From Octopus sinensis (taxonomy: Eukaryota): 64,000 nt of DNA. The translations under genes were made by a program, and so were the position numbers. The stretch spans positions 99,448,001-99,512,000 of the forward strand of contig NC_043000.1 in NCBI RefSeq assembly GCF_006345805.1, read 5' to 3'. Below are positions 1-12,570 of this stretch, piece after piece; position 1 is the first letter of the stretch, and every line of letters begins with the position of its first letter. The notes under the pieces were generated by a model. The model saw only the letters and a list, made by a program, of their open reading frames with translations. It was not told the origin of the DNA and did not search any database.

Positions 1-880
1 GACAGTTCACTCCATGCTTACGTTTGGCTTGGAATTAGAGCAACGTACAATGATTAATTCGCGTTGGTTTCTATTGATACTCACGTTGTACAGTGAACCA
101 ACGTAATTGTACGACTCATTCATCTCGTTAAATTGTGAACATGTGTAATGTTGCTATTGATCCTAACATTGGTTGGCGAAGCAGTGTAATGTTTCTATGG
201 ATAATTAACGCTGGTTGATTGGCAAACTCGCATGATTTTTCTATAGGCACTTGATGTTGGTGAACTAGTATAATGTTTCTATGGATACTAACTTTAGCTA
301 GTGAACTTGGGATACCCATGTTAGGTTGTGAACCTGTGTGATGTCTCCATGGATACTAACTTTAGCTAGTGAACTTGGGATACCCATGTTAGGTTGTGAA
401 CCTGTGTGATGTCTCCATGGATACTAACTTTGATAGGCGAACCTTATAATGTTTCTATGGATACTAACGCTGATTGGCGAATATTTGTAATGTCTCCATG
501 GCTACTCACAGATTGGTTGGTTACTGATGTAATATCTAAATGTTAATTTTGTGTAATGAAGTCTGGCCAACATTGGGTGGTGAGGCTATTTCATCGCATG
601 AGGTAGGTTTGGCTGCTATTAAAAACAGGCTATGAGACCTCGTAGGTGCACCTGTAAGCGCGATTACATATACTGCCATATAATATATATTCACTTCACA
701 GGCACATACAATAATTATATAATGAGTACGTTTGGTTTTTACCAAAGAAAATAGGGATGCAAATACGTTAATAAATGTCTTTAGAGTGTATCAAAGTTGA
801 TTGGTTGTGAAGCTGAAAATACTTCAAACGTTACTCAGAATATCCATGTTTCGTGCATAACACACACACACACACACACC
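1..880 (+). repeat. Copy 1 of a near-identical tandem duplication (partner 1658-2524, offset ~1657 bp); left end lies outside the window
   Basis: gacagttcactccatgcttacg at 1 and 1658; both copies end gtttcgtgcataa(CA)n; differences are mostly 1-bp indels. Confidence 0.95.
67..516 (-). promoter_or_regulatory. Degenerate 40/68-bp minisatellite carrying RFX X-box-like 14-mers and CCAAT boxes
   Basis: Minus strand GTATCCATAGAAAC (275-288, 451-464), GTATCCATGGAGAC (343-356, 411-424), GTAGCCATGGAGAC (492-505); gattgg at 217, 472, 511. Function is inferred. Confidence 0.4.
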
Positions 881-1657
881 ACCCACACATATATAATACT
901 TAAATGTAAAATATGTGTATGTATAAACATACACACACAAACACACACATATTGGCATGTATTTGAACCTGTCACCCCGGGAGTATGTGTGTGTGTCTTT
1001 GTCAATAATCATTTTTTATTAATCTTTGCCAATAAACAAACACATACATAGTAATTAATCAGTTCTTAAAAAATTTTTTGTTCGTACATGAAAGTCGTAC
1101 ATCACACAGCTGTAATCTGATTGTGTGTGTTTCTTTGTGTGTGTGTGTGTGTGTGTGTTTATGTATTTGTGCATGTGGTGTTTATTTGTGTGTGTGTGTG
1201 TGTGTGTGTGTATGCCTATATTTACGCATGTGTTGAACATGATCGTATATTTATAGAGACGCATATATAATGTATGTATTTATTGCATACATATAATATA
1301 AATACGTATACTTGCATAGTTATATATAAAAAAGCACATGTATTTAGTGTGAATACATACACATACATATATGTACACACACACAGACACACACACACAC
1401 ACACACACACCACGTAACGTGTCTATGTCGTGTGTGTGTGAGAGAGAACCTCGTATCGTTGCTATGTACTATGTTTTCGCACGAAAGTATTGATTGCAGT
1501 AAAACATAAAAACCTAGTCTTGTGTTGTGTCACCTGATTAACCTTCCAAAGTGGACGAGCATCGCACTTTTGCGCAACAATTTCGTACATCAGACAGGGC
1601 TGGGGGCACTACGTCTCTATTATGCATGGCTGTTGATAGTACCAGGAATTCTTTGGT

Positions 1658-2524
1658 GACAGTTCACTCCATGCTTACGTTTTGCTTGGAATTAGAGCAA
1701 CGTAACAATGATTAATTTCGCGTGGTTTCTATTGATACTCACGTTGTACAGTGAACCAACGTAATTGTACGACTCATTCATCTCGTTAATTGTGAACATG
1801 TGTAATGTTGCTATTGATCCTAACATTGGTTGGCGAAGCAGTGTAATGTTTCTATGGATAATTAACGCTGGTTGATTGGCAAACTCGCATGATTTTTCTA
1901 TAGGCACTTGATGTGGTGAACTAGTATAATGTTTCTATGGATACTAACTTTAGCTAGTGAACTTGGGATACCCATGTTAGGTTGTGAACCTGTGTGATGT
2001 CTCCATGGATACTAACTTTAGCTAGTGAACTGGGATACCCATGTTAGGTTGTGAACCTGTGTGATGTCTCCATGGATACTAACTTTGATAGGCGAACCTT
2101 ATAATGTTCTATGGATACTAACGCTGATTGGCGAATATTTGTAATGTCTCCATGGCTACTCACAGATTGGTTGGTTACTGATGTAATATCTAAATGTTAA
2201 TTTGTTGTAATGAAGTGGCCAACATTGGGTGGTGAGGCTATTTCATCGCATGAGGTAGGTTTGGCTGCTATTAAAAACAGGCTATGAGACCTCGTAGGTG
2301 CACCTGTAAGCGCGATTACATATACTGCCATATAATATATATTCACTTCACAGGCACATACAATAATTATATAATGAGTACGTTTGGTTTTTACCAAAGA
2401 AAATAGGGATGCAAATACGTTAATAAATGTCTTTAGAGTGTATCAAAGTTGATTGGTTGTGAAGCTGAAAATACTTCAAAAGTTACTCAGAATATCCATG
2501 TTTCGTGCATAACACACACACACA
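1658..2524 (+). repeat. Copy 2 of the tandem duplication, including a second copy of the X-box minisatellite
   Basis: Colinear with 1-880. Confidence 0.95.
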
Positions 2525-2737
2525 CCGCAAATAGAGGCAAAGACTAGTTAATTCCTCGCTGCCCCACTCAGGCTGAGCGTAAAAGCCAAGTAAGGGACGA
2601 AACGCTTATGATTCTCAAATCTCTGCTGATGACACGGAAGGCTTTTCGACATCGTGATGGATCCAGAAGAAGAGCTTGTAATATCTCTAAGTAGCTCCTG
2701 TAGTCTGTGCGTGGGGCAGAGCATCTCTGATGTTTAT

Positions 2738-2807
<70 letters not shown>

Positions 2808-3121
2808 TACACACACACGAGTACATGCATGCACCAGGATTGTGTCTCAAAAACAAGAATCTTGGTAAAAGTGCTCAATAAAGCTAAGCTGAAAGCGATA
2901 TAATTTATTACATCTAGAGAAAGTGAACGAAGAAAATTCAAGGAGGATATACAGGAACATTCATAAACTATTTAATGCTACGTTAAATTCATATTTCTTA
3001 CTTTGTTACAATTAGATTTAATTTTTATACTATTTTTGCGATGTTACTGTAAATATCATTTGCTGTGGTGTGTGCTCGTGTGTGTGTATGTGTGTGTATA
3101 CATATATGTAAGTCAAAAATG

Positions 3122-3390
3122 AGATCTTTACCTTTTGACCGACAGATTTTAAAAATAATTTTTTGTAACTAAACACTTCGTATACTGGTAGAATGTGTCA
3201 CATAAAACATCTTTTACTCTTGGCGTTGTTGAGAAAATTCTGTATTTTGGAAGTTATTTTTTGTTAAAGTTGTCGTATTTCGGTAATTTCAACCTATCAA
3301 TGACGTGTATTCAACTGAATGAAATTAACTGTTGTTGTTTGTCAACGACAACTTCCGGCGGTGTATATTTCGATTGTCACTGTTTCAGCA
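3122..3390 (+). mobile_element. Solo arm of the Merlin-like long-TIR MITE family
   Basis: agatctttaccttttgaccgacag... matches the arms of 59796-60639. Confidence 0.8.
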
Positions 3391-3784
3391 CACGATCTCG
3401 GATCAGGTCACTTGCTATGCAAGTACATCTCCGTGTATGTATGTATCTTATTTCGAAGATGCATTTGTCTGGAAAATGATTTAATTTGAGGCCGTTTGTT
3501 GAAACTAAAACAAAGACAGCGTGGAAGTCACATATAAGCCATTTAAAAACAGAAAAACTGTTTGCTCACTCACACATCTTTTATTTGGTATCAAAATTTT
3601 CGTTGTACAAACCGCAATCTGGTCATTGACACAGTCCCACTGCAACTGGTTCGAGGCAAGGCTGTAGACCAGTATGCATAGGTTTCAGAGCTTTGAATAT
3701 AATTTACACCTTCTGTATACGTTAGTCGTTCTACTTCGATTTATCTATCAGTCTGTCTGTCTGTCTAGTCTTTAGTATATAGCG

Positions 3785-4030
3785 AAGGCGTGTGGCCTGG
3801 TGGTTAGAGTATTGCGCTCACGGTCATTAGATTACGAGTTCTGTCCCCGAAGTGGGCGGTGCGCTGTATTCTTAAACAAAACACTTCATTTCATCTTTCT
3901 CTGCAATCATTTTGACAGCTGGCGTGTGGCAAACTTCTGCACCTGTACAGGCAACGTCGATTTGATGAAGAGAGTGGGCTAATGTACAGCACATACATCA
4001 CTATAAAAAAAATCATTTGTGCAGTTCCTA
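3785..4030 (+). mobile_element. tRNA-derived SINE, family D (partial CORE-like segment, tail ...cacctgtacaggcaa...)
   Basis: A-box tggcctggtggttag, degenerate B-box; homologous to 17129-17420. Confidence 0.75.
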
Positions 4031-4049
4031 CAGCAAATACTGAACTCGT

Positions 4050-4441
4050 GTGGAGGCGCAATGGCCCAGTGGTTAGGGCAGCGGACTCGCGGTAGTAGGA
4101 TCGCGGTTTCGATTCCCAGACCGGGCGTTGTGAGTGTTTATTGAGCGAAAACACCTAAAGTTCCACGAGGCTCCGGCAGGGGATGGTGGTGATCCTTGCT
4201 GTACTCTTTCACCACAACTCTCTCTCTCTCTCTCTTACTTCCTGTTTCTGTTGTACCTGTATTTCAAAGGGCCGGCCTTGTCACTCTCTGTGTCACGCTG
4301 AATATCCCCGAGAACTACGTTAAGGGTACACGTGTCTGTGGAGTGCTCAGCCACTTACACGTTAATTTCACGAGCAGGCTGTTCCGTTGATCGGATCAAC
4401 CGGAACCCTCGTCGTCGGAACCGGCGGAGTGCTTCCATCCC
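4050..4441 (+). mobile_element. Full-length tRNA-derived SINE, family C head + tail T1, with 11-bp TSD
   Basis: A-box tggcccagtgg, B-box gtttcgattcc; TSD actgaactcgt at 4039-4049 and 4442-4452. Confidence 0.92.
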
Positions 4442-4500
4442 ACTGAACTCGTATATGTCGTCTTCAACGGGAGATTCCACTATATATATATATGGGGGAA

Positions 4501-4871
4501 GGCGGCGAGCTGGCAGAAACGTTAGCACGCCGGGCGAAATGCGTAGCCGTATTTCGTCTGCCGTTACGTTCTGAGTTCAAATTCCGCCGAGGTCGACTTT
4601 GCTTTTCATCCTTTCGGGGTCGATAAATTAAGAACCAGTTACGCACTGGGGTCGATATAATCGACTTAATCCGTCTATCTATCCTTGTTTGTCTCCACTG
4701 TGTTTAACCCCTTATGGGTAGTAAAGAAATAGGTATTTCGTCTGCCGCTACATTCTGAGTTCAAATTCCGCCGAGGTCGACTTTGCCTTTCATCCTTGCG
4801 TACTGAGGTCAATCTAATCAACTGGCCTCTTCCCTAAAAATTTCGGGCCTTGTGCCTAGAGTAAAAAAGAT
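4501..4871 (+). mobile_element. Dimeric tRNA-SINE family A (Meta/MESC-like core) with 15-bp TSD
   Basis: ggcggcgagctggcagaaacgttag head, gttcaaattcc B-box, core ttcatcctttcggggtcgataaattaag; TSD tatatatatggggga at 4485-4499 and 4872-4886. Confidence 0.92.
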
Positions 4872-4879
4872 TATATATA

Positions 4880-5560
4880 TGGGGGACAGGAGAAGTTTAG
4901 CAGGTGAAGCCTTCCCATGATATCCAGCATTGTGGAGCTCACGACGAACTGTTTTGATTGACAGTGTTGCCAACATGGTGGGTTGGCTCTCCTGTGACAT
5001 TTGCTGCTATAGTTCCATAAGATTTTTGACACAGTTTTCACTTTTGTGTGGTCTTTCTCTGTGAGTTTTGAATTCCAGTGTTATGCATGCCAGAGATGGT
5101 TTTACCATCGTTTTGGAATACTAATCTGATTTTAAAAACTGTACTCCAAAGTTCAAATTCCGCCGAGGTCGACTTTGCTTTTCATCCTTTCGGGGTCGAT
5201 AAATTAAGAACCAGTTACGCACTGGGGTCGATATAATCGACTTAATCCGTCTATCTGTCCTTGTTTGTCTCCACTGTGTTTAGCCCCTTATGGGTAGTAA
5301 AGAAATAGGTATTTCGTCTGCCGCTACATTTTGAGTTTAAATTCCGCCGAGGTCGACTTTGCCTTTCATCCTTGCGTACTGAGGTCAATCTAATCAACTG
5401 GCCTCTTCCCTAAAAATTTGTGCCTTCTCGACACATTAAACAATTCAGTAATTTCAGTAACCGAAGTACCAGCCATCGGTGCTTCAAGAATTTGTCCTCT
5501 TTGGAAATCAGACATGTCACTCGCCTCCACTACTTCAAATATAAACATCTGCAAATAAAT
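4880..5560 (-). pseudogene. Decayed Tc1-family transposase N-terminus, split by a SINE-A duplicate at 5151-5425
   Basis: Translations MSDFQRGQILEAPMAGTSVTEITELFNVSR, then STVFKI..DGKT, SKLTEKDH and SIKTVRRELHNAGYHG (Tc1 paired-like HTH region). Confidence 0.85.
5151..5425 (+). mobile_element. Headless SINE-A segment duplicated from 4575-4843
   Basis: Shares private variants and the internal deletion catccttgcgtactgagg with the upstream copy; about 4 substitutions. Confidence 0.88.
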
Positions 5561-5990
5561 AAATAAATAATGAAAGAAAGAACGAAAGAAAAACAATAAA
5601 GAAAGAAAAGAAAAAAGTGGAAATATACATAAAGACTTGAACAGTTTTGAGTTTGTCATACTGGCAATAAAATGTGATGTTTCCATTATTTTGTTCAGCC
5701 CTTGTATGTGTGTGTGTGTGTGTGTGGTGTGCGCGTGTGTGTGTGTGTGCGTGCGTGTGTGTGTGTGTGTCTGTGTTGGACAGTGCTTAGATATTGCTTT
5801 GTGCTTTTTGAGAGGTACTGTAGCTTATATATATATATATATATTATATATATATATATATATCACATTATGTATGCATATGTAGATTTATATTCATCTT
5901 TGCTAATAATCGTACATACTGAGGTAGTTAATCAGTTTTTATAGTTTTATAGTTTCCTATGAACATCAAAGTCTTTTCTCGCACATCTGC

Positions 5991-6090
5991 NNNNNNNNNN
6001 NNNNNNNNNNNNNNNNNNNNNNNNNNNNNNNNNNNNNNNNNNNNNNNNNNNNNNNNNNNNNNNNNNNNNNNNNNNNNNNNNNNNNNNNNN
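5991..6090. other. Assembly gap (100 N)
   Basis: Run of 100 n. Confidence 1.
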
Positions 6091-6155
6091 TGAGATTCGA
6101 ACCCGCGATGCCTCGACCGCGAGTCCGCTGCTCTAACCACTAGTCCATGTGTCTC
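6091..6155 (-). mobile_element. tRNA-like head of a family C SINE, truncated by the gap
   Basis: rc gagacacatggactagtggttagagcagcggactcgcgg...gggttcgaatctca. Confidence 0.8.
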
Positions 6156-7367
6156 TACTACTACTACTACTACTACACACACACACACACACACACACAT
6201 ACAAACACACATACACACAGTTTTATCCATGTGAGACTAAATCCGAAACGTAACGAGTTGACATGCACCTTATGGGTTTTAAAAAATGAGAAGAAATTGA
6301 CCAGGATCGACGACAGTGAATTCTGACAATTTCATGTAAACAATCTGTTTGTGAATCAACAGGAAAAACACCACCCACTCCCATCAGTTCTTTGCGTATA
6401 ACTCAGAAGTTGTGCGGGGTAATTTGCATTGCTCACACGTAATAGTACTGTTTATCATGTGTCGACATGTAAGCTACCGTATTGCATTCGCAGTGGTATT
6501 CGTTACGGGGTATATTACGTTTGAATGGTGCACTTCAAATGCTGTTTCTAAAGAATATGTATTAGCAAAAGAGGCTGTATTAAAACCGAGAAGTGATATT
6601 TATCCCCACTTAAACGGGGATAAATTTCACTGTTAGAACAAACTATACTGCGCTAGATACCACGAGAGAAACTCTCATATTGGCTTTTGATGCAAAAATG
6701 CACGCTTGTTTATATAGCTAGCAAGGAGATAAATCCTTGGCTGCAGACGTGACATAATGAGAGTGTTCTGTTAATAAAATTAAAAGATTTTACCAGTTCT
6801 CTTCGTGTTCTTTTTATGAAATTATGCAGTATCACTGTCGTCACTTCCGGTCAACTTACTTCCATTTTATTTTTAACCCACCCACCGAATCCGCCACTAA
6901 ACTGCATGTTAATCCCGAAACGCGGCCTGCGAACTGAACTTTTAATTAGATTACCACGTTTAGGCTGAATTGAAAGAATTTTTGATAACGAACCTAACTC
7001 TTTGCTCGTCCTGTGTATTACAAGTAATGCACAGGATGTTTTTTCCTGGTTTCATGCATCATATATAATACACATTCTCATTTTTGTTTTCAACCACCAG
7101 AGTAACATGTAACTTATGAAAGGAAAACTTTATATTACTCAGAAAATATGAAATGAAGGCTAACTAAAAGTCTGAAAACATGCATGGATGCTTAGGACAA
7201 ACTTATGACAATGCTTTGGACAAAGGCTTAATACAAATTGTATAAGTGCACACATTTTTTGTAATCATTAAAAAAATGTTATAATAATAAAAAGCTGAGT
7301 TTCAGAATGTGATGTCTTCATCAAACTGTGTAGCAGAATGAGAGTTAAACGTTTACATTTCTGTCAG

Positions 7368-7860
7368 ATGAAAAGCGAAGTCGACCTCGGCGGAATTTGA
7401 ACTCAAAACGTAACCGCTAAACATTTTGCCCGGCGTGCTAACGATTCTGCCAGCTCGCCGCTTTCGTATGAGTGTCATATGACAAGCAACAAGGCGGCGA
7501 GTTGGCAGAAACATTAGCACGCCGGGCGAAATGCTTAGCGGTCTTTACGTTCTGAGTTCAAATTCCGCCGAGGTCGACTTTGTCTTTCATCCTTTCGGAG
7601 TCGATAAATTAAATACCAGTTGTGTACTGGAGTCGATCTAATCGACTGGCCTCCTCTCCCAAAATTTCGGGCCTTGTGCCCAGAGTAGAAACTCGTTACC
7701 GCACCGGAAAAAGTGTTTAGTAGCATTTCTTCCGACTTAACAATCTGAGTTCAAACACCGCCTGTGTCGGCTTTGCCTTTTATCGTTTCGTGGGGAGGTG
7801 TTCGACTTAGACACCATCCCCACGAAATTGCTGGCCCAGTTCCAAAATTTGAAACCAATA
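7368..7860. mobile_element. Cluster of family A SINEs (7368-7461 minus; 7493-7690 plus; degenerate 7695-7860 plus)
   Basis: Head, B-box and core matches to 4501-4871. Confidence 0.85.
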
Positions 7861-8471
7861 TGACAAGCGTCATCACTATTATTTTTCTTTTCCTTCTTTT
7901 GACCAAGTTGGGGTACCGCCTTGGAGAATTTTTTAGTCGAATGAATCGACTCCAGAACTTTTTTAAAGCCTGGTTACTTATTCTATCAAACTCTTTTGCC
8001 GAACCTCTAAGTTACGGGGACATAACATATCAGCACCGTTTGACAAGGAGTGGCGGAGGACGAATATAGACACAAAGACACGCATATATATATTTTTTAG
8101 TTTTTATTTCAGTTATCCGTAATCATGTTCAGTGCTCTAATAATAACTGTATAATAAAAATTAAAGTAAAAGTGGAGTACGAGTACTGTAACCTTTTAAG
8201 CAAAACATGATATCGTTGGTGGAGACCGATAGCTTACCTTTCTGAGGGTAAAAGGCGGTGAGCTGGCAGAAGCGTTAGCACTTTTGTTCATTAGACTACG
8301 GTCATGAGGCTGCACTGCCTGAAGAGTTTTGTTTTAGTCGAACGAATCGTCCCCCGTATTCACTGTATCGGTTCTTTGGGCGAACCGCTAGAAAAAACAC
8401 CAACACCAGTTGTCAAGCGGTCGGTGGGAGGAACTCAGACAGACACAAACAGATATATATATATATATATA

Positions 8472-9430
8472 TATATTATATTAATAGAAATATTAAAATA
8501 ACTAAGTCTCTCTAAAAGAGAACAGCGGCAGCGTCCCGGAAAATAATAGTTATCGCCATACTAATATGGCATTCTTATAAAAATAAGAAAAAAGCTGTCC
8601 GTTATTAGCTCCATGAGGCCATCGCCTTAAGTTAGCTATTTGATACACAAACTGTATCCATATAACCTTCGAACAAGGGAGGTCAGTCGCTCCACACTAC
8701 TTGACCGGCAGCTACAGACGCGTTTCGGGGTATTGCCCTTTCAATGCAGCGTAGCCAGCCAGTATGTCGCTTCCGACAATCTCTGTTCGATGGTTTTATT
8801 ACCTAGTTTCAGTGGAATACATCCACTTGTTTTCAATAATAGAAATATTAAAATAACTAAGTCTCTCTAAAAGAGAACAGCGGCCGCGTTCCCGGAAAAT
8901 AATAGTTATCGCCATACTAATATGGCATTCTTATAAAAATAAGAAAAAAGCTGTCCGCTTATTAGCTCCATAAGGCCATCGCCTTAAGTTAGCTATTTGA
9001 TACACAAACTGTATCCATATAACCTTCGAACAGGAGGTCAGTCGCTCCACACTACTTGACCGGCAGATACAGACGCGTTCGGGGGCAGCGTGCCACAGTA
9101 TCGTTCAATTTCGAGGTATTCCAGCAGTGCATCACCAGTAACTAAGTCTCTTAGAGCGGGGTCTAGGCCTGGCAATGAGCCCGCTTCATTCGAAGGGTCA
9201 GTAGCTGATACCACTGGAACAAGGGAGTCAGTTCCGGCTGACGCGTTTCGCTGCTGGACAGCTGCATTGTGTACGAAAGCGTTAGCTGTAGTAGTTGGAG
9301 GACTGCTCCCTTGTTCGAAGGTTATAGGAAGATAATGTATCAATAGCGAATTAAGCGATGGCCTCATGGAGCTAATAAGCGGACAGCTTTTTTTTTTTAT
9401 AGATATATATTAGTATGGCGATAACTATAT
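8472..9430. mobile_element. Penelope-like pseudo-LTR cluster: two direct copies (8472-8750, 8837-9085) plus a degraded inverted copy (9261-9430)
   Basis: Direct and inverted alignments read by eye; hammerhead-like motif at the end of the repeat unit. Confidence 0.6.
8711..8750 (-). ncRNA. Minimal type I hammerhead-like motif with a non-canonical core
   Basis: rc GCTGCA-TTGAAA-GGG caata CCCC-GAA-ACGCGT-C-TGTAGC: 6-bp stem I, palindromic stem III, GUC triplet; core differs from CUGANGA. Confidence 0.5.
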
Positions 9431-9625
9431 TACTGGTGATCTTTACTATTATTTTATTTTATATTATATATACTATATAGAGATTGTGGAAGACCACCTA
9501 CGCATAGTGCTTGAAAAGCATCAAAAGTCTGTAGCTCAGTGTGTACTACTGTGTATGTGGTCATAAAACTGTTAGGCGTTCATAGTAATGGAGCTTTTTT
9601 CTAGTTATACGAATCACGATGCGTC

Positions 9626-9659
<34 letters not shown>

Positions 9660-9677
9660 ATATATATATATATCTAG

Positions 9678-9719
<42 letters not shown>

Positions 9720-9733
9720 TGTATATATATATG

Positions 9734-10060
9734 TTCTTTTATTCTTTTACTTGTTTCAGTCATTTGACTGCGGCCATGCTAGAGCATCGCCTTTAGTTGA
9801 ACAAATCGACTCCAGGACTTGTTCTTTGTAAGCGTAGTACTTATTCTATCCACTCCTCCCGCCGAACCGCTAATGGTGGGGGACAGATACACAAATACAC
9901 ATACACACACACACATACAAGATGCCACGCAGTGGGACTGAGCCCGGAACCATGTGGTTTGGAACTAAGCTTCTTATACAGCCACTCCTGCGTATATCTA
10001 TCTATCTATTATCTATCTACTATCTATCTATCTATCTATCTATATATATCTATCTATCTA

Positions 10061-10120
<60 letters not shown>

Positions 10121-10407
10121 GCTAGCTAGCTTCTTTCTCTCTTTCGTCTCTCTCTCTCTCTCTCATCTATACTCTCTATATGATAGATATATAATATATA
10201 TATATAATATATATATACTCTTTACTTGTTTGTCATGTGCGGCCATGCTGGAGCACCGCCTTTATCGAGCAAATCGACCCCGGGACTTATTCTTTGTAGC
10301 CCAGTACTTATTCTATCGGTCTCTTTTGCCGAACGCTAAGTGACGGGGACGTAAACACACCAGCATCGGTTGTCAAGCAATGCTAGGCGGACAAACACAG
10401 ACACACA

Positions 10408-10472
<65 letters not shown>

Positions 10473-10638
10473 CATATATACGACAGGCTTCTTTCAGTTT
10501 CCGTCTACCAAATCCACTCACAAGGCATTGGTCGGCCCGGGGCTATAGTAGAAGACACTTGCCCAAGATACCACGCAGTGGGACTGAACCTGGAACCATG
10601 TGGTTGGTAGCAAGCTACTTACCACACAGCCACTCCTG
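9734..10638 (-). mobile_element. Two family B SINEs (9734-9992 internally deleted; 10217-10638 full length) separated by (TATC)n/(TA)n
   Basis: Head ggagtggctgtgtggtaag, CORE-like cttgggcaagtgtctt, tail ggcggtgctccagcatggccgc...acaagtaaaagag. Confidence 0.9.
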
Positions 10639-10665
10639 TATGTATATCTATATATATATATATAT

Positions 10666-10735
<70 letters not shown>

Positions 10736-10812
10736 TATTGCATATATATATATATGCATAGTATATATATATTATGTATTATATATAGATATATATATAT
10801 ATATATAATATT

Positions 10813-10863
<51 letters not shown>

Positions 10864-11019
10864 ATTATATCTATCTATCCATACACACCACACACACGAA
10901 CGAGCTTCTTCAGTTTCCGTCTGCAAAAACTGAAGCTACTTTTGTAAGATATGTCGCGCAGTGGAACTGAACCCGGAACCACATTGTTGGAAAGCGAACT
11001 ATTTACCACATCGCCATGT

Positions 11020-11212
11020 GTAAACAAAATGTTATTAAAAATTTATATAAAACTACTTTTTGAGTATACGTATTATGAAATGTAAATGGATATTGTGATT
11101 AGATTTGGGTCCCATCATCCAAGCGGTCCCATTTTATGCAAACATAAAAATTCACCGAAATCCGCAATACTTTTCGGTCCCGGGAATTTCGGATTAGAGA
11201 TTCTCAACTGTA
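11020..11212. mobile_element. Tigger/pogo-type MITE remnant, one TIR with TA flank
   Basis: ...ggattagagattctcaactg|ta; rc CAGTTGAGAATCTCTAATCCGAAA resembles Tigger-type TIRs. Confidence 0.55.
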
Positions 11213-11394
11213 CTAGCAGAGTGCTGAAGAGATTCTAAAAGTGTTGAGGGAGGTGGGTGTAGATACAATAGAAGTATATGTAGTAGCACGTAGCAGAATT
11301 AATGGGGGTGGGGTGGGGTGGGGGAAATTATAGCTGGCTGATGTGAGAAAATGTAATTGAAAGCAACAGGGAAATTCTCGAAATGGCATGCGTG

Positions 11395-11426
<32 letters not shown>

Positions 11427-11732
11427 TGTATGTATGTATGTGCGTACGTACGTACGTATGTATGTATGTATGCATGCATGTATGTATGTATGTATGCATG
11501 CATGCATGCATGTATGATTGTGCATGTGAGTATGTGCGTGAGTGAGTGCGCGTAGGCATGACTTTTGCGCGTGCGTAGTGTTTCTGTGTTATATTTTTAG
11601 CATCGGTCAAAGATAGGTGAAGGACAGATTTAGAAAGGAATTGTGTTTATATCTAAAAGTGATACACTGCGATGCCAGCAGCATGCTGATCAATAAAATT
11701 GTTTGTTACGTTTATTGTTCTTATTATTTGAA

Positions 11733-12570
11733 GGCGGCGAGCTGGCAGACTCGTTAGCACGCCGAGCTTAAATCCTTAGCGGTATTTCGTCTGCCGCTAC
11801 GTTCTGAGTTCAAATTCCGCCGAGGTCGACTTTGCCTTTCATCGTTTCGGGGTCGATTAATTGTGAAACAGTGGGGTCAATAGAATCGATTTACCTCTCC
11901 CCACAAAAAATTTAAGCGGCGAGCTGGCAGAAACGTTAGCACGCCGGGCGAAATGCGTAGCCGTATTTCGTCTGCCATTACGTTCTGTGTTCAAATTCCA
12001 CCGAGGTCGACTTTGCCTTTCACCCTTTCGGGGTCGATAAATTAAGTACCCATTACGCACTGGAGTCGATAAAACCGATTAGTCCTCACCACCGGAGTCG
12101 ACAAGATCGATTAGTCACCACCACCAAAACTTCGGGTTTTGTGCCTTCAGTATAAAGGATTATTACTATTTTATAACGGTGAGCTGGCAGAATCGTTAGC
12201 ACGCCGGGCGAAATGCTTAGCGGTATTTCGTCTGCCGTTACGTTCTGAGTTCAAATTCCGCCGAGGTCGACTTTACTCTTCATCCTTTCGGGGTCGATTA
12301 AATAAGTACCAGTTACGCCCTGGGGTCGATATAATCGACTTAATCCGTTTCTCTGTCCTTGTTTGTCCTCTCTGTGTTTAGCCCCTTGTGGGTAGTAAAG
12401 AAATAGGTATTTCGTCTGCCGCTACGTTCTGAGTTCAAATTCCGCCGAGGTCGTTTCGCCTTTCATCCTTTCGGGGTCGATAAATTAAGTACCAGTTGCA
12501 TACTGGGGTCTCTGTAATCGACTAGGCCCCCTCGCCGAAGCTGATGACCTTGTATAAAAATTTGAAATGA
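11733..12570 (+). mobile_element. Tandem cluster of three family A SINEs, the last one dimeric
   Basis: Heads near 11733, 11916 and 12178; junction aaagaaataggtatttcg near 12400. Confidence 0.88.

Noticed and set aside
275-430. 68-bp direct repeats as a CRISPR-like array
   Set aside because: No unique spacers, no cas genes, eukaryotic context; it is a minisatellite
2560-2660. GACGAAAC and CTGATGA close together
   Set aside because: Stems I and II cannot be formed in any hammerhead topology
9038-9367. Protein-looking 109-aa ORF (..DPALRDLVTGDALLEYLEIER..)
   Set aside because: Overlaps deletion-riddled direct and inverted copies of the adjacent repeat; no recognisable family
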